The notes under the pieces are model-generated. The model made no database searches. It was not told where the DNA came from and worked only from the letters and a program-made list of their open reading frames with translations. DNA of 63,884 nt, the filler included, from Reticulomyxa filosa (taxonomy: Eukaryota; Protista; Foraminifera), in the NCBI GenBank assembly GCA_000512085.1. It is 20 parts of 20 records of this genome, joined end to end, with 100 filler letters (N's around TTAATTAATTAA, not from the genome) between each part and the next. Parts side by side here need not be neighbours in the genome. Positions count along the whole stretch, not along the records: positions 38,691 to 50,967 come from ASPP01006659.1; positions 51,068 to 54,212 come from ASPP01023139.1; 18 more parts are not named here. One strand, 5' to 3'. The position numbers and the translations under genes are program-made. Below are positions 38,691 through 52,903 of the stretch, piece by piece; the first letter of the stretch is position 1, and every line of letters begins with the position of its first letter.

Positions 38691-39315
38691 GATCAACCAA
38701 TTCTAAAAAATGACTTTGATTTTGTGTTGATTGCAAATATAAATGAAATGAATTGGAAAATAAATCATAATGCTTTGATAACAATTGCTGTAACATATCC
38801 ATTTTTTGTGTATTGATTACAATTTCATTATTTACCATTTGTTGCCATTGATTCATTCGAATGATTTTATTGTCTAATTTCTCATGATATTGTTGTCCAA
38901 TGTTCCACAATTGTTTGACATTTCCACATACTTGTTGTTTTTTCATTTCAATCAATTTTCGTTTTTGTTGTAAATTTTTTTTATTTTTTAAATATTCCAT
39001 TCTTTTCAATTTTACCATTTTTTCCAAGTTTTGTTTGTAATCCTCTTGCTCTTCATTCGACATTTTTTCTTCATTGTCATCATTAGTTTCTTCTTCTTCT
39101 TCTTTTTTCATCTGTTTCAGAAGATTATTTTCTTGTTCTATTTGCTCGTTTTCTTCATTTGTTTCTTTTTCATCTGACAACAGTGCCGAATCCATTTTTT
39201 TTACGGCGGCAGTCGAGTCCAAGGGCTCTACTAATTTCTGCAAGAGTAGCAGGTTATCTTGTAAATGTTGCAAATTTGTAGCAATCCCTGAGGATGAGTC
39301 TAAACTCCATGACAT
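38691..39315 (-). CDS. Coiled-coil protein, 3'-partial
   Basis: Open frame of more than 200 codons rich in E/K/Q/N heptads, running to the contig edge. The start is uncertain. Confidence 0.6.
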
Positions 39316-39542
39316 GCTTTTCAAAAAATTGTTCAAGACCCTTGTTCCTGAGTTTTGGCTGTTGGTTTCTTAGTCTTTTTAAATTGTAATACATATTCCT
39401 TGCAATGTATAATGCACTTTAAAAAAAAATAAAGCTGGCAAGGAATTAGTATATCAAAAACGCTCCAACAGAAAAACTACAAAGTTTTTTTGTTGGAGGG
39501 GCGTAGATAAAGTAAATTCTAGAAAATTTAATAGGTCTAAAA

Positions 39543-40130
39543 ATGCTGAATAAAAATATAACGAAAATGCAACGTTCAAGCACACAAGGAACGATAAATT
39601 TTTGGAGTGCTCTAAATCCAGCGTGCGCCCGATTGATGTTGTTTTTTTTGTGTCGTCATTAATAGTGCTCGACATAGCAGTGCTGGGAACACACTGGCGA
39701 CATGTGTCATGCAGTCATTTTTTAAAATTTTGGATATTGGGCAAATATTTGGTACCGTTGCTATCGTATTTGTCATGTTGTCTGTTTGTCCCATGTTATC
39801 AGGAGGAGGCAATAGAGACAGCACAATCGTACCCAATCCGTCAATTTCAAGTGAGACATCAGCAATTCCGAGATTTTTTGAGTGGCAAAACTGAGGTCGG
39901 AAGCACTTGTGATAATGGCTTCGACATTGAAATGAAGCAACAAGGAGCGAAGAGTACAAACCAGGAGCAGCCACCAAGAAGCAAATTGAGAAATGAAGCC
40001 AAGCGTACCAACAATAACAACAACAGCAATAACAATAACACAGATTATTTCGGGACCAATATTCCATACCCAGTCGATATCATGGTTTCAGAATGGCTCA
40101 TCTCTCCTACACATAGTAGTTTTGATACCG

Positions 40131-40172
<42 letters not shown>

Positions 40173-41224
40173 TTATCGAGCGAATATAGAAGAGCATGAA
40201 GTAATATGCATATGTCGCATATGAATACCAAAAAAAAAAAAAAGCACAAAAAGTGGCGGAAACACTGGGCCAAGACCAAAGGTATGGCAAGTTCTGGCTG
40301 AAAATGGTGTCGTGCTTTTGTGATCGCGGCATGTTGGAATTGATGTGGCTATTCGTTGGCGCAATAAGCGTTGCCAGCGAGAACCAACACTGCCGTCGCA
40401 ATGTACCTTTGCTATTTTATTATGTTATGCTCCAAGTCTTATTGGGTATCTTGGCCTTGAGTATTTTGTTCATTTGGATTGCCTCTACTTCATTGTGTCC
40501 ATTACAGGTTTGTCCTACATTTATGTGTAATATGCATATATATGTATATACATGTATACATATATGTACATATATATATATGTATATGTATATATATTTT
40601 AGTGGGTTCCAAAAAAAAAAAAAAAAAATAATGACAATAAAAAAATATGGGTGAAAGGTTGCTCGATGCATGGCATGTTGCTATGGAATGCGATGTGATG
40701 TGCTGGGTTTATTGCCAGAAAACTGTTGGCGAGGACTAATCCAAGTCTCGACACGAAATGTATCCTCTCCAAAGCGACAACATATGAATCGCTATTCTGG
40801 CGAAGAGGTACACGCTTTGTCGACTGCCAAAAATAATAGGTATATGTCACAAAGCTTGAGTGGGGAGTCGACTCCGCTGCAACTCAAAACGGCTGAAAAC
40901 AAGATCGATGTAAGGGATATACATGGACATGAACATGCTATTGTCAATGCCAACAAATTCACAATTGAAAATGGTGATAATGATAACGACGATGACGACG
41001 ACCAAAATAAAGACGACAGGGACATTAATAAAAGTAATGTTGCTACCCGTCCCAAGCAAACAATCACTCGAAAAAGTTTGTGGTGTGAAATGTGTGGGAC
41101 TGCTTTGAATAATACGAGTGAAAAAAAAGAATTGGAATGTGGCCATGAGTTTCACAGCTACTGTGCTCTGTCGTGGCCTTTGACACAGCCTTGTCCCGCT
41201 TGTCTTCAAGAAGATACCTTGTGA
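39543..41224 (+). CDS. Multi-TM RING-H2 E3 ubiquitin ligase
   Basis: Hydrophobic exons followed by the C-terminal CEMC...LECGHEFHSYCALSW...PCPAC (C3H2C3). The first ATG needs a 1-nt correction in the T8 run at ~39642-39649. Confidence 0.75.
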
Positions 41225-42265
41225 TGTTTAAGAATTTAATTTATTGTTTGCTTGTGTCTGTCTTTGGTGTTGCTAAAATTGGAGTGTGATAACTTTTTAA
41301 AAAAGAAAGAATACTATAAACAATTTTAACATTTTCTGTTTGCACATGCAAAAACACTTCCTTTTTTTTTAGCTGTTTTTCCATTTCATTATTGCACTAA
41401 CCCAAACTCATGAGAACAATAAAGTAATCATTCACTCTCCATCTGTTGTCTTCTCTATTGCATGATTGATTGTAACAAATATTTTTTCATATAATTGGTT
41501 TTATTTATTTCAACTTGATAGCGGTCCTTCATTCATTTGAGCATATTTCAATTGTGATTTATCTCATTAGTTTTGATATATATTATTGTTAAAAAAAGTG
41601 TATTACAAGTTCAATGAAAATATATTTTAAAAAAAACTAGCAAAAATCACAACTAGATAAAAAAAACCAGATTTTATGATAATAACAATAAATAATGCAA
41701 AGTGATTTTGATTATTAAGCAAAAATGTTGATAATTAATGTTTTAGTTAAAAACATTATAAAATAATTGAAATGTATCATTAAATAGATAATTGTTCATA
41801 AACAATTTGTTTTGTTAAAATAGTTATTTTTTTGTTAAAACTTTAAATAGCTTTATTAGTTTATTTATTGCACATTCTTACCCTTTTTCTATTGCTTTAG
41901 AAATTTTTCTAACATTGTTAACATAAAAATATAACAAATTCGTGTTGTTTAAATATTCGTCATTGCACAGTGTGTTGTATATTTTCGTACAATAGAAGCA
42001 CAATCGTTCTTGCTATACTTCTTTGAAATTAAAAACTGCTTTTTTTTTTTAAATCATAATGCATAATTTTGTGATACCGTGACCACATGTGGTGGCCATG
42101 ACATAGAGCAATGAGAAAGTTATGTTAACAATTTTTACTGTGAAAGTTTTTAAATACTTGAAAACGTGATCTAAATAAGTTTGTGTTAAATAAGAAAAAA
42201 CTAGAACGAAACAAAAATGAAAGTACTACGATTACTTTTTGTCACCCATTGCACCATTCGTATGA

Positions 42266-45155
42266 TCAAATAATGTTGTAAACTTTGGTCTGTTTCCAAA
42301 ATTCGATCTTTGTTTGCACCACGCTCCGTTTCGGATAATTGCAAATTTGTTGATGTTGCTTTGTCCTTTGAAAGATCGCACGATATTCACGTTCCAAAGA
42401 GCTCTTAATGCTATACCCCAAATACGTACACTTTCAAAAAAAAAAAGGAAAACGAAGGAGGAAGAGGGGAAAAAAAAGAGAGAGGAGAAACATACAAAGG
42501 TTCAAGTGAAGGTTCAAATCCGATATAACGAGATTGGTCGTCAGGAATTTGTTTAAGAGATTGAAATTGTTTATGTGATTGCGCCAACACTTTTTCCAAA
42601 TGTTCATCATTACATTCCAAAATGGGAGATAAGGATTGATAATCATACATTGCAGTTGTATTTGCGGATTTTTGTTGTTTTTTTTGGCCGCTTTTTATTT
42701 TTAAATCTTTCAAGACTTGTTTTCCGTGTGTCTGAAATTCTGTTTCAAAATCGAATTCCGACTCTTGTACTTGTTTAATCTGATTTTCCAAGTAAGTCAT
42801 CATGAGCCCTTTATGCGGCACTGTGAATTTGCTTGTCGACGGCGTGACATTTTCTTTGCGTTGTTGCTGTTGTTTCAGCACATGATACGTTTTCGTATGA
42901 TTAATTTTTTTCTTGACGTTCGCATTGCTGGCACAATTATCGCCATGCAGTTCGTAATCTTTCAACGGGGGATGTTTATTCCATAACTCTTGCCACTGAC
43001 TTGTGGAGATCATGTGTTCACCCAATGTCGCCGCCTCGGGTTCTCGCACTAACGCATTCACACATTTCTTGTCACAGTTCTCAGTCCATACTTTTTGCTG
43101 CTGTTGTTGCGGTCGTTTTGTGTCCACGACAGTGTTGGAGTCGATTGTGGAATGGGAAAAAGGATTGGAGATATGCTCGGTTTGTATGTCACTTTTGATC
43201 TTCATTTCCTTTTCATGGCCGTCAACTGGATTAATTCCATCTCGCTTCGCTTTCTGCTTTTGAGAGACAAACTGGTCAAATAATGCGCCCATTTGTGACT
43301 GCGGTGCTGTTTCGACGCTGAGGTACTCGACAGGGTTTGTGCTGTTGGTGTGTTCGTCGTCATCGTCGCCGACGGCGGAATTGGGACGCGTTCCCGTCCA
43401 TACTTTTTCCAACCCCAAATTTGTGACGATGATAAAGTCATCATAGGCCTTGGCATTGGGATGGTAGTGCGCACACAAAATACAATGCTGTTCGTATCTT
43501 TGAACGCCAACACACGACCAGTCTTCAGTGTTGAACAAATGTACGCTACCATTTAATTGGCCACATGCTAAAATAGATCCGTTGTTCATTGTCGATAATG
43601 TCAATACTTCTGACTATTGATAGCAAAACAATTACAAAAAAAAAAAAAAAAAAAAACAGTAATAACAATCAAAAACGAATTTCGCTTTGTCAGCAAAATT
43701 ATAAAACTTCAATTATAACATGTAATAAAGAGAGAAGAAAATGAAAAAGAAAAATAATAAAAAAAAAAAACTTGATCTAATTGCAAAGTAGCAACAGGTT
43801 GTAATTCTGCCAATGCATAAATAAAGACATTGCCTTCAACTGTCCCCACTGCAATGACTTCTGAGTCTGCCGACGGAAGGTGGAAGGCATGCATCACATT
43901 CACCATCGAACTTTCAATTTGAAATTCATGCAGCAATTTATAGCCGCGTTTGACATGGGGCCCATTTTCATTCTCTTCATCTGATTCCATTTTTGTGTCC
44001 ATCTGCACGTTTGATAAAATATCCCAACTAAAAAAAAAAATAACAACATGCACAAACACACACTTTTGAAAAACATATATATATATAATATACTCCCAAA
44101 AAATAAATAGACGCACTTTTTTTTTTTGATGTGCATGTGCTACAACAAAAATATACAAACCTAATTTTTTTTTTTTTTTTTTAAAAAAAAGATTATCTTT
44201 AAATTGGAAGCTATACTTAACATCTTCACACTTTGATCGGCGCTGGCAGTAACAAGGGCGGACATCAATGGTCTATTTTAAGCCGACATGAACAAACAAA
44301 ACAGCAACAACAAAACAAAAAATGTGTTGATACCAATTTAGAATATTGCATTGGAGAAAGTTTCTTTCTTTTTTTTTTTAGGTTTACAAGAACACTATAA
44401 AAAAATAATAAGTCCGGAAAAAAAAATGAGGCTGTAAGTATCCTTGTTTTTGCTTTTGTTTGTTGACATATAAATCGGACAATTAAAGGCTGTCAAATGA
44501 ATGCTAGATTGGTAAGATGGAAGGAACAAAAACAAAACAAAACAAAAGAGAGGAAACAGGAGTATTGTGAGGATCCGTAATTTGACAAATGGTATGACTT
44601 TGAGCGGAGTGCTTGGAGAGTCGATTAATGCATACGTAACCGGTCACCAATGAACACACAATTGTTTCACAATTAAAATCCAATTCGAAACTGACTATGT
44701 CACTTTCCATGTGCACAATTGATTGAATTATATATTCTTCGGCCTCTTTTGTCTTATTTTCGTTTGACATTTTGTTCGGAAAGTTGTATTGCATTTCTGC
44801 TTCCGTCGCAAATTGCACTTTTAATATCTGTCATTTTTTTTTTTTGTTTGCTTGTTTATTTGTTTCAAAAAAAGAAATTGATGAACCAAAAACACATTAC
44901 ATTTTGGCTGTTTTGAGGTAAGAAGAATATGTATCCGGGCCATTTCTCCGCAAAGTGAAATTGAAACCAAGGCACAGTGACCGGCTTATTTTGATAGAAG
45001 GACTGAAAATAACTCGTGGCTTGTGTGTGGACGTCTTTGTACAGGAAAAGTCCATTGTCAGTAGTTAATCCAATGCAATTGCAAACACATGGATCCCACT
45101 TACATTCTGAAAATACCTTGATGGTTGGCGGCTTGTTCAACCGTCGAAATTTCAT
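42266..45155 (-). CDS. WD40-repeat protein with low-complexity/helical C-terminus
   Basis: WD-like blades across exons: ECKWDP, VSFELDF..ETIVCSLVTGYVCI, IAVGTVEGNVFIY, ILACGQLNGSVHLFNTEDW. The last exon ends ...KVYNII* at 42266. Confidence 0.7.
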
Positions 45156-45765
45156 TTTTTCAACCAGTTTTTGTGAGCTTCCTAAAATCGTCTCCAGTTT
45201 ACAACAAAACTGTGTTTACAGACATTTTAAACGTGTTTAGACAGTAATATGACAAACTTTCTATATTATCTTCGTTCGACACTTGGCTAAGATTTCACTT
45301 GATCATTATTTTATTCTTCCAGCCTTGCAATCATGTTTATTCTTTTGGGCGTTGGTTTGTTTTTTAATAATAAAGATGGTCAATTATCTTCAAGTTTATG
45401 GCCATTAGTCCAACGTAAACACAGTATTTATTTGTTTTTAAAATAACAGTTTTACTGAAATTCGAATCATTACTAAAAAATAATGACAATGATGTTGTCT
45501 TGTTTGAGTAAACATCAAATTTAACTTATAAAAACTAAAAGCTTTACAAATTATGGCTTTGCTCCTGTGAATGCTTACCATCCAGTATTTTTTAGTTATA
45601 TTACCACGATGAAGCACGGAACTGGCTTGAATCCATAGTTTATGACTCTTTGAAAAAATGCAAAATAGGACAAAGATCATCAAATTCAGTTTTGACAGTT
45701 GGCGTCTACAAAAAAAGGCGTCCAAGTTCTCAGGAGTTTTGTCGTCCATTTATTTTTTTGGAATA

Positions 45766-47656
45766 ATGAAGGGGCATACAACGAGTTTATTGAACAGTAT
45801 ACGAGTATTGCCTGTTATTGCAGTTGATTATTCATCATCATTGGTGTTTAATCCTCCAATAGTGCACTTAAAAGGGTTTGGAAAAGGCCTCGATTTCCGT
45901 GATCAAACAGTACGTGCTTTACGTGATGACTGCGTAAATACTCTTGCTCGTATATTGCACAAAGGGGGAACATTGGTGTGGGATGGAGATTCCTTTCAAA
46001 AGGGTATGTTAACATTGGACGATGTGTTCAAAATTCACCCGAAGAGACTCAAAAACAAAACAAAACAACAACAACAAAAAAAAAGATTCGTTTACGTCAC
46101 TTATTCCATTAGCGCAAAAAACACTATTAACAAAGTGGAACGCAAAAGAAAAGGAAGCAAAGGGCAAGAATTTAAGTGAGAAATGGACCTTTGTGAGCTT
46201 TGTACGGAATAAGCCATCGAAGGAGATTTCTCGAGTCCTTTCTTCATGGTCGAGTTTGTTAGTGAGCAAAGAGCCACTGTTTCACGTATACGTCCAGCCA
46301 CTAGAAGGAGTGCAAAATTTTACGGAGCTAGGCGTGCATGCTTTACAAATGACCCAAGCTCGACAAGTGGTATGTTTTGGAGGAGGAATAGTGGTGAAAC
46401 AAGAATATGAAGAAATGTTAGCTCTTAGCAAAAAAAGTGGCAAAGAAGCAAAGACGTCGCTGCAGGTCCATTACTACGTATACAATGCAAAACGATTCAA
46501 TCCCACGCAAAAAACGTGGGAAGAAAATACTTTGCTTTCTTTATACCGCCAAAGTCCAAGCCATCATCAAACGATTGTCCCATTAATTGTCGTCGACCCA
46601 ATCTTGCCGAAACACAGAACTCAAGCCACACGTATCCCTTGCAAACCTTGAATTGGATTGACCACGAGCTCACTCTCGAAGAGATGCATGTTATCCACGT
46701 GCTCGAAGACATTCGTGAAGCGCTTTGTGTACACATTCCAGAGTTGACAAGCAAGTGTCCCTTCCCCATTTTCCCGATTGAGCATGTCGGTACGTCGGAC
46801 CTATCGAGTCATACCAACTACGGTGGCTATTGCTACGTCCTTGTTCACAGCTGGAAAACTACTTCCGAATGTATGCAAATGGCATGCGATTACAATGTGC
46901 TTCGCGTTGCTGTACGTTTTCACAAATCCCAGACGTCGTCGATATCGTCGTCTGCCATTACTTTGCAAAGGTCTTTGTTTATCTGTTTGTCTGACTACTT
47001 AAAAACAAACACATTTTGTTTGTGCAAGACTAAAACATTTGAATATTGCAAACAGTAAAGCAACTCCTCGTCTGCTTGACATGGCCGAAATCGTGGCCGT
47101 GTTTTTACACGAATTAGCACATGCCATTACACCCAGTGTGAAAATAAAGGAGAAAAATGGGCCGTGGGTTGAGACGGAACATCCACAATGCTTTTATGAA
47201 AATTATGCACTTATTTTGAGAAAGAGTGAAGAGTTGGACATTTTTTGCTTGCCAAAAACTCCCGATAAATTTTCTGTCAGAAATTTAAAACGATTTGATA
47301 ATATCGACACTAATTACATGCCGTTCCCGAAACATTGCTGTCCTCGCTATCGACATTTGAATGAAAGCATCAATGAACAAAAGAACATTAAAATTAATAT
47401 TGATGTATGCGTAACGTATAAAAATCAATCAAAACTTGGGAAGGTATCTTTGAATGGCGATGAAGAAAAAGAACTTGATTCTTCTCATGCCTTAACGAAA
47501 TTACATCAAGTCATTAAATCCAAGTTCCCAAATATTACAAATCTAAAGGAAAAAAAAATAATCGAAACAACACGCAATGAACGTATTGACACCAATCCTG
47601 ATCTCATTTCAGCTTTGCAAGGCTTTGGAAAAAGAATTGATATCCGAATTGAATAG
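45766..47656 (+). CDS. Probable fusion: Rossmann/SLOG-like domain + WLM(Wss1)-type Zn metalloprotease + C-terminal beta-grasp-like domain
   Basis: Introns 46004-46085 and 46971-47055 splice in frame. One 1-nt frameshift at ~46600 joins VVDP to NLAETQ. The HELAH...EHPQCFY motif is clear. The N-terminal part has HLKGFG, LVWDGD and VVCFGGG..V..E. Confidence 0.6.
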
Positions 47657-49419
47657 CATCATTTTTATTGCTTTATCCAATTTCACAGAAAAATTATTTT
47701 GAGTACAAATTGTGCAAGCATGTTATATGTAAGCGACTGGAAAAAAAAAAGCTCCTTAAAATAAACATTTACAAGCATTGTAATTCTTGCATGAACAGAT
47801 ATTTTCAAATACATCTACATCGTCTCAAGTTTACAAAAAAAAATAAAGCAATAAATTTTTTCACTTTCAATAAATGAAACAATATTTTTTTTCCAGTTTG
47901 TGTAAAATTTTCCAAAGTGTTATTTGCACACATTTTGTTGAAATCTCTAAAAGAGAATTCCATCTACATGTGAAAAAAAAGACAAGTTGATAATATTTTT
48001 TTAGATATAACTGATTTACTAAAACGCTTGAGTTGTTGGTGTACTGTGTTGTCGATAGCATATTTCCAAAGTTAAGTGTATTTTACCATTTTTATCAAGT
48101 CATTTGCATAAAATATTTTTCGGTATTTTCAATGACTAATCAAAAAGAGCTTTTTGTTACTGCGAGTTATAATTCAAATGACTTGTAACTACTATTTTTT
48201 TTTGTTCATAATTTGAAAGCACGAAAAGTCTTAAAAAGGGTTTAGTTCCATTTTTTATTTTTTTTATCTGTCATCAATTGTCAAGTTTCTTATTTTCAAA
48301 GACTACGAAAATAATTTTTTAATTTCGTGACTGCTAAAGAAATAATCTGTAGAAAACAAGTTGAAAAAGGTTAAAAACTATTGTTTTTTTTTTTAGTTAA
48401 CGTAAACATATAAATGAAAATAATATGAATATCTTAAATATACTTCAACACAAATAGATTCTTTGTCTAAAAAGTAAAGAAAAAACTATTTATTATAGTT
48501 TCTTACTTTCGCGACTAAATCTGTATTTTCTTTGATGTTAATTCAATGAAAATATAAGTATTTATAATATTGTTGGAAGATATAATCACATAATGAAAAA
48601 GAAACTTTTTTGTAGTTGAATGTTGAGTCAGTGACAACAGCAAAAAAGAAATAAAATGCATATTTTGAGCAATTTCTAATGCCAAGAGAAATCAAATTTC
48701 AGAGTATTTGCTTTCGAGTTTGATGTTATATGATTTTTAATATTTTATATCACAGATTCCGTATTGTCATTTAATTATTTAGATCATTTTGTGTTGTTCA
48801 AAATGATAAATAATAGTTCTTATTATTCGGTAATGTAGTCAATTTCTGGTCTTTTAAAATTTTTTATTTAATTTCGTGGGCAAACTAGAGCTTGTTGATC
48901 AAAAATATTTCATGATTTTTGTTCGAAAATTTTTTTGAGTTGAATTAATTAACTTTGTTCTTACATTGTGCTCACAGATACAAATTAATTTGTTATAATG
49001 ACTGCAATTTGATCACAATGATTTTATCGATCCATTTTTAATATATTACAATTAATTATTCAAATAAAATTTTTCAAAAGATTAAAGCTTTCTAGTAAGC
49101 AAAAACAATGACGATTCTTCAGAAAATAGTCTTATTTTATTTTGTAAGTATGTGAATGAGTGAGTTTAGGAGCCCACAGTACATTAAACTTCTCCACTAA
49201 CTTTCTTCAATCGTTATCTTGTTTACATTCGTAAGTAATCATCAAAAGTATGATTGATTATCACGTACAAACTGAGAATAACATAAATATGTCTCAATAT
49301 TACATTGATTGTATCGTTTGTTCTACAAACAACTAAAAATTATCATTATTCTGTAAACAAAAAATCTTCAGTTTTTTCTTTTCATGCAAATAATATGATT
49401 ATATGATAATTATATTGTA

Positions 49420-49603
49420 GTAATTCTCGCACTACAAGTGAACTTTGGAACACTTTATTCTAACAACACACTACTCACTTTCACGACTTGTCTTCTATCT
49501 TTCACTTGTTGAATCTTGTTGTTTATTTTCTCTTTTATTTAAATCATTAATCTTTTGTTTTAAATTGCTCAAAAGATCGAAAACCTTTCGTATTACAGTT
49601 TGC
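49420..49603 (-). mobile_element. Solitary partial LTR copy
   Basis: The reverse complement (CAAACTGTAATACGAAAGGTTTTCGATCTTTTGAGCAATTTAAAAC...GTTCCAAAGT...GCGAGAATT) aligns with 55131-55305 and 54670-54818. Confidence 0.8.
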
Positions 49604-50145
49604 AAAATTCTTTCAGCATCAGGAAAACCAACAATATTTACGTTAATTTCGTTTCTGCAATATCAATCAAAAAAATAAAATTTTATCAAACTATCAGCAA
49701 AAAATTTAATTTTTGAATTTATTTATATATATGGGGGGTCCCGAAAAATCACACATGCATAACACTTTTTAAAATAATTATCATAGTATTTGTAATTTCA
49801 AAATTATTATTTCATATTTCAAAAAAGAAATTAAAGCTAAGTCAAAGTCTATGTTCAACCCCTTTTCATGTAATGAAGAAACTTCAAACTTTGGCATCAT
49901 TCATGATGACATACCAAAAATGTTATTTTACATTCGGATTAAGCAATTCACTTTCAATTTGATAAAAGTAAAAAAAAGATAAAATAAAAACATAACATAT
50001 TGTCTTTAATAAATTTAAAGCATATCTATTTGTAATTTGTTTGGTTAAATTTATGCAACTGAGAACAAGATAGCAAGTATTTTGAAAGTCACAAAGGCGA
50101 ACAAAAACGCAGTTTGGGTGTTTTTTTGGGAAGCGCATATGTACA

Positions 50146-50787
50146 ATGAATACACATTTATCTGATTCTGATAAGGTTACAAATGATTCAAGCTCTGAAG
50201 CGCCGACCTTAGGGGAAAATTCATGTTCTTGTACTCCAGACACGTCTGAAGTCGACGACAAAGTTGTGTTGCTGGATTATCAACACGTCCAAACACGATT
50301 GAATGAAGAATGTGAGAAATTGGATAAATTATGCAAAATTCAAGACTGTCCGTACAAACGAAAAAAGTTAATAGCACTAACAAAAATCAAAAAGCAAAGT
50401 ATTTAGTACAGTATGGAGAGCCTAAAACAGAACATACATAAATGAACAAATAAACAAATAAACAAATAAAAATCAGAGCAATGAACGTCGTGGCGTTATC
50501 TAGTTGGAATGTTTGGGGTGTACCCATGGGATCGCATTTGGTATTTCAAAGGCCTCCCCATTGGCGTAATTTCAACGACATGAACCTGAAGGCATGTCTT
50601 CAAAAAACATATGCAAGCTATTGTTTGAGGAAAGGATGCTGTTTTTACTCCACAACGGAATACACATTTCAAAAAAAAATCAACGGATTTTTCAAAAATG
50701 GAGACCCCGCCATCACGTCGGAGCAAGTCAATGCAGACTTGTCTGCAAATCAGAGTTCGACTTGCACCACAAATCAAAAAGATGAAG
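50146..50787 (+). CDS. EEP-family (neutral sphingomyelinase-like) protein, 5' part
   Basis: Exon 1 starts MNTHLSDS. The next exon has VVALSSWNVWGVP, typical of the first EEP strand. A donor at 50788 leads to the contig end. Confidence 0.45.
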
Positions 50788-52903
50788 GTATGCAAATGCA
50801 CCCACAAAAAACATACATACTATTAACAAGCGAAAAGAAGAAGAAGAAGAAATTAATTAAGATTAAATAAATAAATAAATAAATTTATTTATTTATTTAA
50901 TCTTAATTAATTTGTTATCGTTACAACTGTTTGATTTGATATATATATATATATATATATTATTATTNNNNNNNNNNNNNNNNNNNNNNNNNNNNNNNNN
51001 NNNNNNNNNNNTTAATTAATTAANNNNNNNNNNNNNNNNNNNNNNNNNNNNNNNNNNNNNNNNNNNNCCAACAAGTTGTTGAGTATTCATTGAATTTATG
51101 AACAATAATCTTGTAAAGGAAATGAAATAAAATTAAAATTGAAATCATTGAAAATATTTTATTCTTTAGTGGAAGATCTTGTATAATGAATTAATAATAT
51201 TAACAGAAATGTGTTTGATGATTGTTAATTTATTTCAAAATATGCAATGTTCATACACCATCAAATCTAGATTGTCATACGAATTGAAAGTAAATAAAAT
51301 AAGACAACACGTAATGAATAGCATTAGTGAAAGAGATGTAAACATACAAATTCACAGTTGTGAGACCATCAAGTTTAAAAGGAAGTGAAAGATTTTGGAA
51401 AATTTAATACTTACTTTATAACATTTGAAAAAAATAATAACAATAATGATAAATAAAAAAGTTGGTCTATTTTGTTTGTTTGCTTGAAGAAATAACTTTA
51501 TTTTTTAAAAAATGGGAAAGAGATAATTGTTTATAATAATATTGAAATATGTCTTTTGGGAAAAGAAATGTTTATGAATTTTTTAAGAGAGTGAAGACAA
51601 GCAAATTAAATTAAAGAATAAATAACAAAAAGAGGACAAAACAAGAAGTGTTGTTTTTTTTTAAAGAAAAATTTGAAGAAAACTCTTTTGAAAAAAAATG
51701 AGAAATTTTAAGTGTTCATAAAAATATAATTTATAAAAATAATAATGGAAATATCTTTTGTAAAAAAAAGAATTAAATGTTTGTTAAAGGATAAATAGTT
51801 TACAGTCAATTGAATAACACAGTAAAACTCTGCAGGAAACCTCAACAAAAAAAGGAAAACACAAAGTACTGCAAGGCCAATGAAAAAACTCAATATTTCT
51901 TTTTTTTTAATTTATTTTTTATTTGTCGAAAATAGCTCGACTTTTGAATTACACTTTTGCATCAAAATCTTCCAAGGAGGAAAAAAGAATCATTTTTAAT
52001 TGGAAAAACAGTGTCGGACGCTTTTGTGAAAAACAATGACTTTAATCAAGTTTCAATAAAAATATAATAGAAAAGAAGCTTCCTGTTGAAGAAATTATAG
52101 CTTCCATATTCCCCTATTTATTTCTTCCCTTATATTCTTTACTTTCATCACTGCATTTTACTTCACTCCAACAGGAAGAATTTTCAATAAATAAAAAAAT
52201 GGGGGTACCACATTCTCCCTATTTTTCCTTTCTTTTTTTTAAATAAATAAGTTTTAGAGAAAGTCTTATTGATTATTAGTTACTTTTTGAATTAATTTTT
52301 TTTGTCAAAATAGATAATACATATACATGTATATCAATCATGACGTATCTACTAATAATGAAACATAGCAAATTAAAAAAATATTTTTTAATGAGTACTT
52401 ACAGCGAAATCAACAAAAATATTTAGTCTAACTTCGTTGCGAAATAATATTTTCTTGCAAAAATTTCAAAAAACGGACATAGACTGATAACTTAAAAGAA
52501 AGTACACACTTTTTAAAGCGATCAATTGATCAAATTTACAACCAAATTATACAATAAAAAATCAGCAAAAGATTGTCAACAATGTCATGAATACTTTGTC
52601 AAATAAAAAAACCAATCAAATACAAAAAAAAGTTTGTTTTGCTATCTATATGATTTTCAACTTTTAAATTTACTTTGCGTTATTTTAATGCAAAAAAATT
52701 ATCAAGAGCAAGGAAGAAATTGGCTTATTTTATCGATTGATCATTAATGAAAAATATAAAAGATTTTTTGTAATCATAAAAAACAAAATAGTTAATTAAG
52801 CTGTTGAACTTTTCAATCATTTGAGCAAACACATACAAACGATGCCAATCCAAAAGTCTCAAATATTGCTTTTATTTTCCAAAAAAAAAATAAAATAAAA
52901 ATT

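Noticed and set aside
49445-49678. Similar small ORFs at 49445-49678 (+) and 55034-55354 (-) as a protein family
   Set aside because: The similarity comes from the shared LTR DNA read antisense, and the frames are not conserved in the other copies.
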